From positions 2,201-66,200 of the forward strand of contig JAKAME010000001.1 in NCBI GenBank assembly GCA_021813025.1: a stretch of 64,000 bases of DNA, in the 5' to 3' direction. This DNA comes from Candidatus Micrarchaeota archaeon (GTDB taxonomy: Archaea; Micrarchaeota; Micrarchaeia; Anstonellales; Anstonellaceae). A program made the position numbers and the translations under genes. The notes beneath the pieces are model-generated. The model made no database searches. It was not told the origin of the DNA and saw only the letters and a program-made list of their open reading frames with translations. Shown one piece after another: positions 47,132 to 55,962 of the stretch. The number at the start of each line of letters is the position of its first letter. The first letter of the stretch is position 1.

Positions 47132-48202
47132 CTAGATTGGATGGAAGCCAGGCACCCAGAGGCCGGTCTTCTCGTCCAGTCCGTGCATCAGGTTGAAGCA
47201 CTGGATGGCAGGTCCGGCCGAGCCGCGCACCAAATTGTCGATGGCTGACATTACCACTATGCGCGGATGAGTTGCATCCAGCTCAAAGCCGATGTCTGCA
47301 AAGTTCGTGCCCGCGACTGGCTTGGGCTCCGGGTAGCGGTAGAGGGTGCCCTTGTCCTTGACCAGGCGGATGAAGGGGGAATTTGCATAGAAGGAGCGGT
47401 AGGCCTTCCAAACTTCGATGTCGGTGAGAGGCCGGACCACAGGAGCATGAATGGTGGAGAGTATTCCTCTTACCATTTCTACTGCGTGCGGTGAGAATCC
47501 AACCGACACATTGGCTGGATGCCCTGCACCAACCGCAATCTCATTGAGCTCCTGCTCCATCTCAGCCGTGTGCCTATGTCCGGTGGGCTTGTAGGCGCGC
47601 ACCGTGCCCTGCCTCTCTGGGTGATGGGTGGAAATGTCGAAGGCAGCGCCTCCGGCTGAAGAGCCGATTTTTGAGTCGGCGATAATGCGCGAGGCATCGA
47701 TTAGGCCGGCATGCACAAGAGGCGCGGTTGCAAGTATGACTGAGGAGGCCAGACAGCCCACACCAGATACCAGCTGCGCCCCCCTGATTTGCTCACGGTG
47801 CAATTCGGGCAGGCCGTAGACTGCTCTTGGCAGAAGCTCGGGGCAGGGGTGGGGCTGGTAGTACTTTTCATAGGTGCGCGCGTCATGCAGGCGGAAATCG
47901 GCCGAGAGGTCGATTATCTTCACGCCGGTTTCGATGTATTGCTTCACAAAAGGCGCAGACACCTTGTGAGGCAGGCACAGGAAAAGCGTGTCAACATCTG
48001 TGTTGAGCTGCTTGGATGACACGAATTCTGCCTGCGTAAAGCCGCGCAGATTCGGGTTGAGCTTGGTGACTGGGGTGCCGGCAAACCGCTCTGAAGTCAC
48101 TTGCGCGATTTGCATTTCTGGGTGCAGGAGCGCCCAGCGCATAAGCTCGCCGCCCGTGTAGCCGGACGCGCCGATGATGGAGACTGTATAGGCCATGTGC
48201 AT
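47132..48202 (-). CDS. argC: [LysW]-aminoadipyl/glutamyl-phosphate reductase (ArgC/LysY)
   Basis: VSIIGASGYTGGEL N-terminus. Catalytic Cys region GCLASS. Confidence 0.9.
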   Translation of the reverse strand: MHMAYTVSIIGASGYTGGELMRWALLHPEMQIAQVTSERFAGTPVTKLNPNLRGFTQAEFVSSKQLNTDVDTLFLCLPHKVSAPFVKQYIETGVKIIDLSADFRLHDARTYEKYYQPHPCPELLPRAVYGLPELHREQIRGAQLVSGVGCLASSVILATAPLVHAGLIDASRIIADSKIGSSAGGAAFDISTHHPERQGTVRAYKPTGHRHTAEMEQELNEIAVGAGHPANVSVGFSPHAVEMVRGILSTIHAPVVRPLTDIEVWKAYRSFYANSPFIRLVKDKGTLYRYPEPKPVAGTNFADIGFELDATHPRIVVMSAIDNLVRGSAGPAIQCFNLMHGLDEKTGLWVPGFHPI

Positions 48203-49056
48203 TACCTCTTTGCTGCTGAAACGAAATATTCAATCATCCTGCCCGGAATGTCGACGCCGGTTGGCGCGACTGAGTTGCGGAATTCGGTGGTGTGGTTGAC
48301 TTCGTGCACCACGAGCCCGTTCGCCGACTCCATCATGTCAACTCCATAAATTCCTTCGCCGAAAACATTTGCAGCACGAACTGCAAGGTCGCCGAGCTCG
48401 TCGGACACCTCGCACTTGCTGGCCGTGCCGCCTCTTCCCGTATTTGTTATCCACCCAGACTTCTCTGTCGAATTGCGGTAGATGGCGGCAATGCACTCAT
48501 TGCCCACCACAAAGGCGCGGATGTCGCGCCCCGGCTTGTCGATGTGCTCCTGTAGGTAATACACCTTCTGGAACGCATGCCCCATCTCCTCGCGGTTCTC
48601 AAGCTCTGCCTCCAGAGCTTCGCGGCTCTGGATTTTGTGAACCATGCGCGCCCACGAGCCGAACACCGGCTTGGTGACAAGGGGGAAGGAAAGATGCGCG
48701 GCAGCCTGGGTGGCGGATTCGGGCGAGAACGCCCCGTATGTCTTGGGCGTGGGTATTCCGGCCTTGGCCAGCAGGGTGGAGGCAAGAAACTTGTCGCCGC
48801 ACAGCTGGTGCGCCCTGTATGGATTGCACACGAACGCGCCCGCCTGCTCGAACCAGAACGAGGTGTAGAGGGTGCGGGCATAGGAGGAGGAGCGCTGGAG
48901 GATTGCGTCATAGTCTGTGTGCGGTTCGGTGAGCTCAAGCTGCAGCTCGCCATCAGCCAGGCGCTCAAGCTCCAAGCCCCTGGCCTTCGCTGCCTCGATG
49001 AGAAGCTTGTTCTCGGCCGATATGATGGTGTAGAGCAGTGCGGCACGCATAGACAA
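48202..49056 (-). CDS. lysX: Alpha-aminoadipate--LysW ligase LysX (RimK-type ATP-grasp)
   Basis: ATP-grasp fold. Adjacent to lysW. Confidence 0.85.
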   Translation of the reverse strand: MSMRAALLYTIISAENKLLIEAAKARGLELERLADGELQLELTEPHTDYDAILQRSSSYARTLYTSFWFEQAGAFVCNPYRAHQLCGDKFLASTLLAKAGIPTPKTYGAFSPESATQAAAHLSFPLVTKPVFGSWARMVHKIQSREALEAELENREEMGHAFQKVYYLQEHIDKPGRDIRAFVVGNECIAAIYRNSTEKSGWITNTGRGGTASKCEVSDELGDLAVRAANVFGEGIYGVDMMESANGLVVHEVNHTTEFRNSVAPTGVDIPGRMIEYFVSAAKR

Positions 49057-49071
49057 CAGACTCCGTTCTAC

Positions 49072-49242
49072 TTATTCGCCCCAGTCCTCGTCCACGTTGG
49101 GGGCTTTCTGCAGGAGGAGTGGTGAGACTGATTTTACCTCGAGTTTGGCCCCGCAGTCCGGGCAGGCGAGTATTTCGCCGACTTCAAGATTGGGGCGCGG
49201 CGTTATATGGCCGGCGCATTCTGGGCATTCGGACTCAGGCAT
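49072..49242 (-). CDS. lysW: Amino-group carrier protein LysW
   Basis: 56-aa MPESECPECAGHI...ACPDCGAKLEV...EDWGE with the characteristic EDWGE C-terminus. Below the ORF-track length cutoff. Confidence 0.8.
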   Translation of the reverse strand: MPESECPECAGHITPRPNLEVGEILACPDCGAKLEVKSVSPLLLQKAPNVDEDWGE

Positions 49243-49280
49243 GATTATCACCAGATTATACGACGCCGGCTTATAATAAA

Positions 49281-50529
49281 TACATAATGTTGTGAATGTA
49301 ACATATCGGCACCAACCAGAACGACCGGAATCCTACCCTCTACAAACCCACATAGGCTAGCTAGGCTTTATCTTAGTTATGAGAGCTTACCGCTTTCGCC
49401 TCTACCCCTCCAAATGGCAGGAGAAGGAGTTGCTTCATCATCTCTTTATAGAGAAAAACCTCTGGAACATGCTTCTGGAGAAAACCAAGAAAAAATATAA
49501 CGAAGAGGGGAAATTCTACTCCAAATCCGAGATTCAACTTCTGGTTAAAGACAGCGGCCTGTACTCCCAATCGGCCCAAGCCATCGCTCATCGCCTCCAC
49601 CATGCCCTCCAGGCAAAAGTTCGGGCCAAGAACAGAGGTCAGAAGTGGGGGTTCCCAAGATTCAAATCCATCGAGCGCATGAAAAGTATCTACTACCCCC
49701 AATCTGGTTTTTCTCTTGGCCAAAAGCTCAAGGTCTCACCATTCGGAGAAATTTCTATCGTTCGGCATCGGATAATCAAAGGCCGTATCAAAACCCTCAC
49801 ACTCAAGAAAGAAGCTTCTGGTAAGTGGCATGCCATTTTCATGGTTGAGGAAGAATCCGTTCCTCAAAAACCCAACAACGGTCCAACTGTTGGATTGGAT
49901 TTGGGCCTCAACCATCTGGCTACTCTTTCTAACGGGAATTTCATTGAAAATCCACGCATTTTCAGCCAGTTTGAGAACGAGCTTGCACGGACCCAACGCC
50001 ATCTGTCCAGAAAGCGCAGAGGAAGCCACAATCGAGAGGAATCTAAGAAGAAAGTGGCTCGAGTCTATGAATCTTTAGCCAACGCCAGAAAAGACTATCT
50101 TCACAAGGCAGCCAACGCCCTTCTTTCTCAATACTCTAAAGTTGCTATGGAGGATTTGAGGATACAGAAGATGGCCAGAGAGGGTCATGGTAAAAACATT
50201 CATGATGCCTCATGGGCCCTGTTCACAAATATGCTCTGCTACAAGGCTGAGAGTGCCGGTTCAGAGATTGTGTTTGTGGACCCAAGGAATACGTCAAAAG
50301 AGTGCAGTCGTTGCCATTCAATTGCCAGCAAAAGCCTGTGGGAGCGAACTCATCAATGCTCCTCTTGCGGTCTGGTGCTTGACCGGGATGTCAATGCTGC
50401 CATCAACATACTCCAACGAGCTACGGCCGGGATGGCCGGAAGTAACGCCTGTGGAGATGGAATAGAGATTCCGTCTTTGAAGCAGGAAGCCGCGCCCAGT
50501 ATGGCGTGGTGATTCACTACATAATGTTG
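49281..50529 (+). mobile_element. IS200/IS605-family (IS1341-type) tnpB-only element, lower GC, flanked by 12-bp direct repeat tacataatgttg
   Basis: Repeat copies at 49281-49292 and 50518-50529. A single TnpB gene inside. Inserted between the lysW promoter and argF. Confidence 0.65.
49379..50512 (+). CDS. tnpB: TnpB (IS605 OrfB family)
   Basis: N-terminus MRAYRFRLYPS. C-terminal zinc finger CSRCHS...CSSCG and DRDVNAAINILQRA (RuvC-III). Confidence 0.85.
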   Translation: MRAYRFRLYPSKWQEKELLHHLFIEKNLWNMLLEKTKKKYNEEGKFYSKSEIQLLVKDSGLYSQSAQAIAHRLHHALQAKVRAKNRGQKWGFPRFKSIERMKSIYYPQSGFSLGQKLKVSPFGEISIVRHRIIKGRIKTLTLKKEASGKWHAIFMVEEESVPQKPNNGPTVGLDLGLNHLATLSNGNFIENPRIFSQFENELARTQRHLSRKRRGSHNREESKKKVARVYESLANARKDYLHKAANALLSQYSKVAMEDLRIQKMAREGHGKNIHDASWALFTNMLCYKAESAGSEIVFVDPRNTSKECSRCHSIASKSLWERTHQCSSCGLVLDRDVNAAINILQRATAGMAGSNACGDGIEIPSLKQEAAPSMAW

Positions 50530-50535
50530 CGATAG

Positions 50536-51447
50536 CTACTTGCGCCCAGCCAGCCAGACCAGCAGCCCCTTCTGGGCATGCAGGCGGTTGTTGGCCTGTT
50601 GGAAGACAATGCTTTGCGCCCCGTCCAGCACCTCGCTTGCCACTTCCTCGCCCCTGTGCGCTGGCAGGCAGTGCATGAAAACAGCTGTTGGTTTGGCATA
50701 AGCCATGAGCTTGGAATTGACTTGGTATGGGGCAAAGAGCTTGAGGCGGGCGGCTGCTTCCTTCTCATCGCCCATCGAAACCCACGTGTCTGTGTAGACG
50801 ATGTCTGAATTGGCGAGACCGGACGCTGCATCAGAAGTAAAAGAAACATTTGTACCGAATGCTTTCGCATTTTTCAAATATTCCGCCTTTGGCTTTGCTT
50901 TCTGCGGCCCCACAAGGGAAACGCCCATACCCATCATTGCACAGCCGAGCATGAGCGAGCGGGCCACGTTGTTGTCGCAGTCGCCGGCATAGGCAAGTTT
51001 GCGGCCCTTCAGCTCGCCAAGCTTCTCCTGTAGTGTAAGCAAATCCGCAAGTATTTGGCACGGATGCTCCTCGTCAGTAAGCCCGTTGATGACAGGGCAT
51101 GGCGAGCCGGAGGCCAGCGCTTCGAGGTCGGCGTGGCTGTTCAGCCTTGCCATGATGAAGTCCGCCATTCCGCCCAGAGCCGCGCCGGTGTCATAATAGG
51201 ATTCGCCGCGTGAGGTTTGCGACGCGCGGGCGTCAAGAAAAATCGCATGCCCGCCAAGCTGGGCCATGGCTGTTTCGAAGGAGACGCGCGTGCGGCTGGA
51301 GTTTTTCTCGAAAAGCATGAGAAGTGTTTTCTTGCCCAGCAGGGGGGGTGCGCGGCCTTTTGCATAGTCTGCCTTGAGCTTGGAGGAAATGGCGAGAATT
51401 TCGCGCAGTTGCGCGGGCGTGATGTCGGTTATTTTGAGAAAATCCAT
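50536..51447 (-). CDS. argF: Ornithine carbamoyltransferase
   Basis: SSRTRVSFETA, HCLP and DxxxSMG motifs. Confidence 0.9.
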   Translation of the reverse strand: MDFLKITDITPAQLREILAISSKLKADYAKGRAPPLLGKKTLLMLFEKNSSRTRVSFETAMAQLGGHAIFLDARASQTSRGESYYDTGAALGGMADFIMARLNSHADLEALASGSPCPVINGLTDEEHPCQILADLLTLQEKLGELKGRKLAYAGDCDNNVARSLMLGCAMMGMGVSLVGPQKAKPKAEYLKNAKAFGTNVSFTSDAASGLANSDIVYTDTWVSMGDEKEAAARLKLFAPYQVNSKLMAYAKPTAVFMHCLPAHRGEEVASEVLDGAQSIVFQQANNRLHAQKGLLVWLAGRK

Positions 51448-51457
51448 GGAGACCGCT

Positions 51458-52369
51458 TCATTTCTTTGCTTTTGCGAGGGCGAATTTCACTATTTTTTCA
51501 GCCACCTGCCCTGCCTTCTCCCCGGCAGATTTGGAGAATTCGGGCGCATGGTTCACTTCCAGCACGGCCGCATGGCCGTCCGGGTATTCGATGAGGTCAA
51601 CGCCATAAATACCTGCTCCAAAGCAGCTGGCCGTCCGATGCACCAGCTCGGCCATCTCGTCCGTCATGCTGAATTCCTCGGCCGCGCCCCCGTGATTGAG
51701 GTTGGTGATGAAAGAGCTTGAGCTGGTCTCTGATATTTTGCGGTAGATGGAGAAGGCAACTTCGTCTCCCACCACAAACACCCGTATGTCGCGCTGGGGC
51801 TTGTCAACATATTCCTGAACATAATACACCTTGTCAGTGTAATGGCCAAGGCTGTCCTTTAGCCCCACCACGGCTTCGGCTGCGTGCTTGTCGCTGATTT
51901 TGCACACCATGCGCCCCCAGCTGCCCACCGGAGGCTTGATGACGCAAGGGTATCCCATCTGTTCAACTGCCTGAAGGGCGGAGGATGGTGAGAAGGCAAG
52001 CAGCACTTTTGGAGTGGGAATGTTTTTTTGCATCAGAAACGCGCTGGTGAGCGCCTTGTCGCCACACAGTGACTGGGCTGAGCTGGAGTTGATGGTGGGC
52101 ACGCCGGCATATTCGGCCAAGCGTGAGAGGTAGAGCGAGCGGGTGAAGGAGGAGGAGCGGGCAAGAATGACATCAAGATTGGAGAGGGAAGGCTCGCCAT
52201 GAAGTGAGAAGGGCGCCTGCTCGTCCCGAATTATGGAAAGCTGGGCGCCGGCCGCCTCGGCCGCCTTTTTGATGGCCATGTTCTCAGGAGTGAGCATGGT
52301 GCAGACTAGACCAAGTTTCGCCATAGCGCCCATCCGTCCATTTGCTGGTAAATCAAAGAAACGAAACAA
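51458..52369 (-). CDS. Second LysX-type ATP-grasp ligase (glutamate--LysW ligase, ArgX-like)
   Basis: Paralogue of the 48202-49056 protein. Adjacent to the second lysW and to argF. Confidence 0.8.
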   Translation of the reverse strand: MFRFFDLPANGRMGAMAKLGLVCTMLTPENMAIKKAAEAAGAQLSIIRDEQAPFSLHGEPSLSNLDVILARSSSFTRSLYLSRLAEYAGVPTINSSSAQSLCGDKALTSAFLMQKNIPTPKVLLAFSPSSALQAVEQMGYPCVIKPPVGSWGRMVCKISDKHAAEAVVGLKDSLGHYTDKVYYVQEYVDKPQRDIRVFVVGDEVAFSIYRKISETSSSSFITNLNHGGAAEEFSMTDEMAELVHRTASCFGAGIYGVDLIEYPDGHAAVLEVNHAPEFSKSAGEKAGQVAEKIVKFALAKAKK

Positions 52370-52372
52370 CCC

Positions 52373-52549
52373 CTACTCGCCGAAGTCCTCCTCGATTTGC
52401 GGCGCGTGGCCGATTTGCATTGGGATGAGGGAGAGCACTTCCAGGCGCGCGCCGCAGTCCGCGCAGCTTAGCAGCTGGCCGACTTCGGTCTGGGGTGCGA
52501 GGGCCTTGTGGCCGCCGCAGTCCGGGCATTCGATTTGGTTTGCGTTCAT
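52373..52549 (-). CDS. lysW: Second LysW-family carrier protein
   Basis: 58-aa MNANQIECPDCGGHK...CADCGARLEV...EEDFGE. Confidence 0.75.
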   Translation of the reverse strand: MNANQIECPDCGGHKALAPQTEVGQLLSCADCGARLEVLSLIPMQIGHAPQIEEDFGE

Positions 52550-52700
52550 GGCGTGGCACCTCTGCCGGGTTTGTTGAAAGAGATGGGCCGGCTTCGCGGA
52601 TTTAAAAGCTAGGTGAATTTGGGGACAAAATTGGTTTGAAAAGTATTAATTGAAACAAGAAGAGAGAGGTTAGAGGCTCGCGCGGATGGCGGCGGGTTTT

Positions 52701-53750
52701 TCAGAGGTTGGCGCGGATGGCTTCAACCATCTGCGCCGTGCTGGCGCTCCCGCCAACATCCTTGGTAACGATGCGCTGCTCATAGGCGCGCGCAATCGCC
52801 TTCTCCAGCCGGACGGCCTCCTTCTTGCAGCCGATGCGCTCCAGCATCATGGCTGCCGAGCGCAGCATGCCGGTGGGGTTTGCAATGCCCCTGCCTGCGA
52901 TGTCTGGAGCCGAGCCGTGCACAGGCTCGAAGAGGGAGTGCTTCTCGCCGATGTTGGCGGATGGGGCCACGCCAAGCCCTCCAATCAGCGCGCTGGCCTC
53001 GTCAGAGAGGATGTCGCCGAAGAGGTTGGTGGTTGCGATGACCTGGAAATCCTGCGGGCTCTTCACCAGGCGCATGGCAACTGAATCCACAATGGCGTCG
53101 TCGCAGGAAATGCCGGCGCGGGCGTATGACTTGGCGATTTCGCGGCCTGCCTCCAAAAACAGCCCGTCGGTCTTGCGAAGCACGTTGGCCTTGTGAACCA
53201 GAGTGACGCGGCTGAACTTGCGCGCCTTGGCGTAATCGAAGGCGAACTTGACTATTCTCTCACTGGCGTGGCGGGTAATCACCCGCAGAGCGGTGGCCCG
53301 CTGGCCGTCAGACTCCTCTATGCTAGAGTAAAGGCCTTCGGTGTTTTCGCGCACTATGGCGAAATGGAGAGGGGAAGCCGAAGGCGGCTGCTGGAGGCCG
53401 CCAGATGCCCAAGCAGGCACCGACACGTTTGGCAAAGAATCGAACGGGCGCAAATTGGCGTAAAGGTCAAGCTCTTGGCGCAGGGTGATGATGGCGCTCT
53501 TGTAGTTTGGTATGTTGGGAGGAGTGGTGACTGCGCAGAAGAGGACGGAATCGCAGGCGCGTGCGGAATCTATGGTGGCCTGCGGCAGGGGGGTGCCCTG
53601 CTGCTTGAATGTGGCATAGCCAGCATGGCCCTCCACCCATTCGACGTCTACCAGCTCGTCTATGACTGAGCGCGCGCTGGCCATGAGCTCGGGGCCGACG
53701 CCGTCGCCGTTGATGTATAGGATGCTTTTGGTCATGGGAATCAAATCCAA
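52701..53750 (-). CDS. Homoisocitrate/isopropylmalate dehydrogenase (beta-decarboxylating dehydrogenase family)
   Basis: ICDH/IPMDH family motifs (NLFGDILSDEASALIGGLG). Confidence 0.85.
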   Translation of the reverse strand: MDLIPMTKSILYINGDGVGPELMASARSVIDELVDVEWVEGHAGYATFKQQGTPLPQATIDSARACDSVLFCAVTTPPNIPNYKSAIITLRQELDLYANLRPFDSLPNVSVPAWASGGLQQPPSASPLHFAIVRENTEGLYSSIEESDGQRATALRVITRHASERIVKFAFDYAKARKFSRVTLVHKANVLRKTDGLFLEAGREIAKSYARAGISCDDAIVDSVAMRLVKSPQDFQVIATTNLFGDILSDEASALIGGLGVAPSANIGEKHSLFEPVHGSAPDIAGRGIANPTGMLRSAAMMLERIGCKKEAVRLEKAIARAYEQRIVTKDVGGSASTAQMVEAIRANL

Positions 53751-53756
53751 TTCTGA

Positions 53757-54386
53757 TTAGAGCCTGCGCTTGCGCGAGGATGGTTTTGTGGCAGAGGGCT
53801 TCCTGCCAGGGCTCGCCGAGGCCGGCGTTTGGCCATTTTTTGTGGCCGGGCCATTTCCAACTCCGGCCGGAAGCTCGCTCTCACCGCTGCCGGCGCTGGA
53901 TTCCAGTTCCTCGATTTTGTGGCTCTTGAGGAAATTCAAAATGCCTCCAAATTCACGCAGCTTTTGCATGAGGGGCGGGATGGAGACTGGGGCCGAAGTG
54001 CGCCGCGTCTTGTTCACCAGCCGCCCATTCTCTATCGCCATCTCGTCCCCATCCTGCACCGAATCCACGAATGCTGCAGGCGCGACCAGCGCCATCACCC
54101 CGTTGTTGATGCAGTTGCGGTAGAAGATGCGCGCATAAGACTTGGCCACGATGGCCATAAGGCCGTTGGCCTTGAGCGCATATACTGCCGTTTCGCGCGA
54201 GGAGCCGCAGCCGAAATTTCGGCCTGCCACCAAGAAGTCGCCTGACCTGACGCCCTTGGCATATTCCGGCCTGTGCTCGATGAAGGCTATTCGCCCAAGC
54301 TCGGCCATGTCAAGTGTCATGTTGTAGCGGCCAGGGGTGATGAGGTCGGTGTTGACCGAGTCTGCGAACTTCCATGCGCGTGCCAT
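53757..54386 (-). CDS. Homoaconitase/3-isopropylmalate dehydratase small subunit with about 50-aa basic disordered C-terminal tail
   Basis: LeuD-like swivel domain. The tail SAGSGESELPAGVGNGPATKNGQTPASASPGRKPSATKPSSRKRRL is atypical. Confidence 0.85.
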   Translation of the reverse strand: MARAWKFADSVNTDLITPGRYNMTLDMAELGRIAFIEHRPEYAKGVRSGDFLVAGRNFGCGSSRETAVYALKANGLMAIVAKSYARIFYRNCINNGVMALVAPAAFVDSVQDGDEMAIENGRLVNKTRRTSAPVSIPPLMQKLREFGGILNFLKSHKIEELESSAGSGESELPAGVGNGPATKNGQTPASASPGRKPSATKPSSRKRRL

Positions 54387-54402
54387 AGTATCACATCCGA
54401 TG

Positions 54403-55668
54403 TCATGCCCTGAAGTACTTGCGCGGGTCGGCCAGCTTGCCTTCTATTGCCGAGGCGGCGGCCGTGGCAGGCGAGGCGAGATAGATTTTGGCCTTTGGCG
54501 AGCCCATCCTGCCGGTGAAATTGCGGTTGGAGGTGGAGACGCACACGTCGTCATCATCCAGCACGCCCATATGGCGGCCCAAGCATGCGCCGCAGCCTGG
54601 GGAGGTGATGATTGCGCCCATGCGCGAGAACTCGGCTAGTAGGCCGCGCTCGAGCGCCTGCTCAAACACCTGGCGCGAGGCGGGCGTGATGATGAACTTG
54701 AGGTTTTTGGCTATCTTCCTGCCCTTGAGGATGTTGTAGGCGACTTCCAAATCCTCAATCCTGCAATTGGTGCAGGAGCCTAAGAAAACTTGGGTGATGG
54801 GCGTGCCTGCCACTGCTGAGACCGGCACGTCGCGGTCGATGTCTGGCGGGCAGGCAACAGTTGGCTCGATTTTCGAGACATCGTATGTGAGGGTTTGCTC
54901 GAATTCAGCGTTTGGGTCGGAAGCCGTGCGCTCAAAGGGGCGATAGCGGCCCTGTCTTCGCAAATATTCCTCAGTTCTCCTGTCTGCCGGCACGATGCCG
55001 GTCTTGGCCCCTATTTCAGCGCACATGTTGGTGAGAGTCATGCGAGAGGGCACGTCGAACTGGGCTATGGCGCTGCCGCCGAATTCCACCACCTTGTAAT
55101 TGGCCCCCTCTGCCGAGAGGTCCTTGGCAATGGAGAGGATGACGTCCTTGGGATAGACGCCGCCGGGCAGCTTGCCTTCCAAATTAATGCGAATGGTGCC
55201 AGGCACGCGCGTCCATATTTTGCCCGTAGCCATCGCAACGGCCGCATCGGTGGAGCCAAAGCCCATGCACAGCGCGCCCGTGCCGCCGCCGGTGGGCGTG
55301 TGGCTGTCGGCGCCGGCCAGCAGGGTGTTTGGATAGAGGAAGCGCTCTGACATCACCTGATGGCATACTCCGTCCGTAATGATGGGAATGCCCTGCTCCT
55401 GCGCGAACTTCCTAATCTTGGTCTGCAATTGCGCGGCCTGCACGCTGGGGGCGGGGTAGGCGTGGTCGAAGAAGATGTGGATTTTCTTCGGGTCAAAGAC
55501 CTTTTTCGCTATCTGATGGAATGGCTCGATGGCCCATGCGCAGGTGGTGTCGTGCGCCAGCACGTAATCCACCCTCACCACTGCCAAATCCCCGACTGAG
55601 AGCGGGCGGCCCGCATGGGCTGAGAGAATCTTCTGCGCCAGAGTCTGGGGGGAGGTGCGGGAAGCCAT
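54403..55668 (-). CDS. Homoaconitase/3-isopropylmalate dehydratase large subunit
   Basis: Aconitase family with Fe-S cysteine motifs (CGACLG, GSCTNCR). Confidence 0.9.
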   Translation of the reverse strand: MASRTSPQTLAQKILSAHAGRPLSVGDLAVVRVDYVLAHDTTCAWAIEPFHQIAKKVFDPKKIHIFFDHAYPAPSVQAAQLQTKIRKFAQEQGIPIITDGVCHQVMSERFLYPNTLLAGADSHTPTGGGTGALCMGFGSTDAAVAMATGKIWTRVPGTIRINLEGKLPGGVYPKDVILSIAKDLSAEGANYKVVEFGGSAIAQFDVPSRMTLTNMCAEIGAKTGIVPADRRTEEYLRRQGRYRPFERTASDPNAEFEQTLTYDVSKIEPTVACPPDIDRDVPVSAVAGTPITQVFLGSCTNCRIEDLEVAYNILKGRKIAKNLKFIITPASRQVFEQALERGLLAEFSRMGAIITSPGCGACLGRHMGVLDDDDVCVSTSNRNFTGRMGSPKAKIYLASPATAAASAIEGKLADPRKYFRA

Positions 55669-55674
55669 GGCGGG

Positions 55675-55944
55675 TTACACCTCATTCGCCCCGTGCGTGT
55701 CAAGCACCAGATAGGAGGTGGCCTGCAGCACGCCGGGGCTGGCGCGCACTGCCTCGACCACGTCATTGATGGCCTGAATTGAGGGCGAGCGCACAAGAAC
55801 GAGAAGGTCGAGCGAGCCGGTGAGCTCCCAGACCTGACTGACGCCATTGATTTTGAGCAGTGCTTCGGAAATGGACGCGGTTTTGACTTTCTCGTCCGTG
55901 ACCGCGCCGATGAAGATGCTGATGTTGTTTTCCACATGAATCAC
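55675..55944 (-). CDS. Stand-alone RAM (Lrp/AsnC C-terminal ligand-binding) domain protein
   Basis: 89 aa with a beta-alpha-beta-beta-alpha-beta pattern. ISEALLKINGVSQVWELTGSLDLLVLV resembles AsnC C-terminal domains. No HTH. Confidence 0.55.
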   Translation of the reverse strand: MIHVENNISIFIGAVTDEKVKTASISEALLKINGVSQVWELTGSLDLLVLVRSPSIQAINDVVEAVRASPGVLQATSYLVLDTHGANEV

Positions 55945-55962
55945 CTTGTGCTTTTCCGCTCC

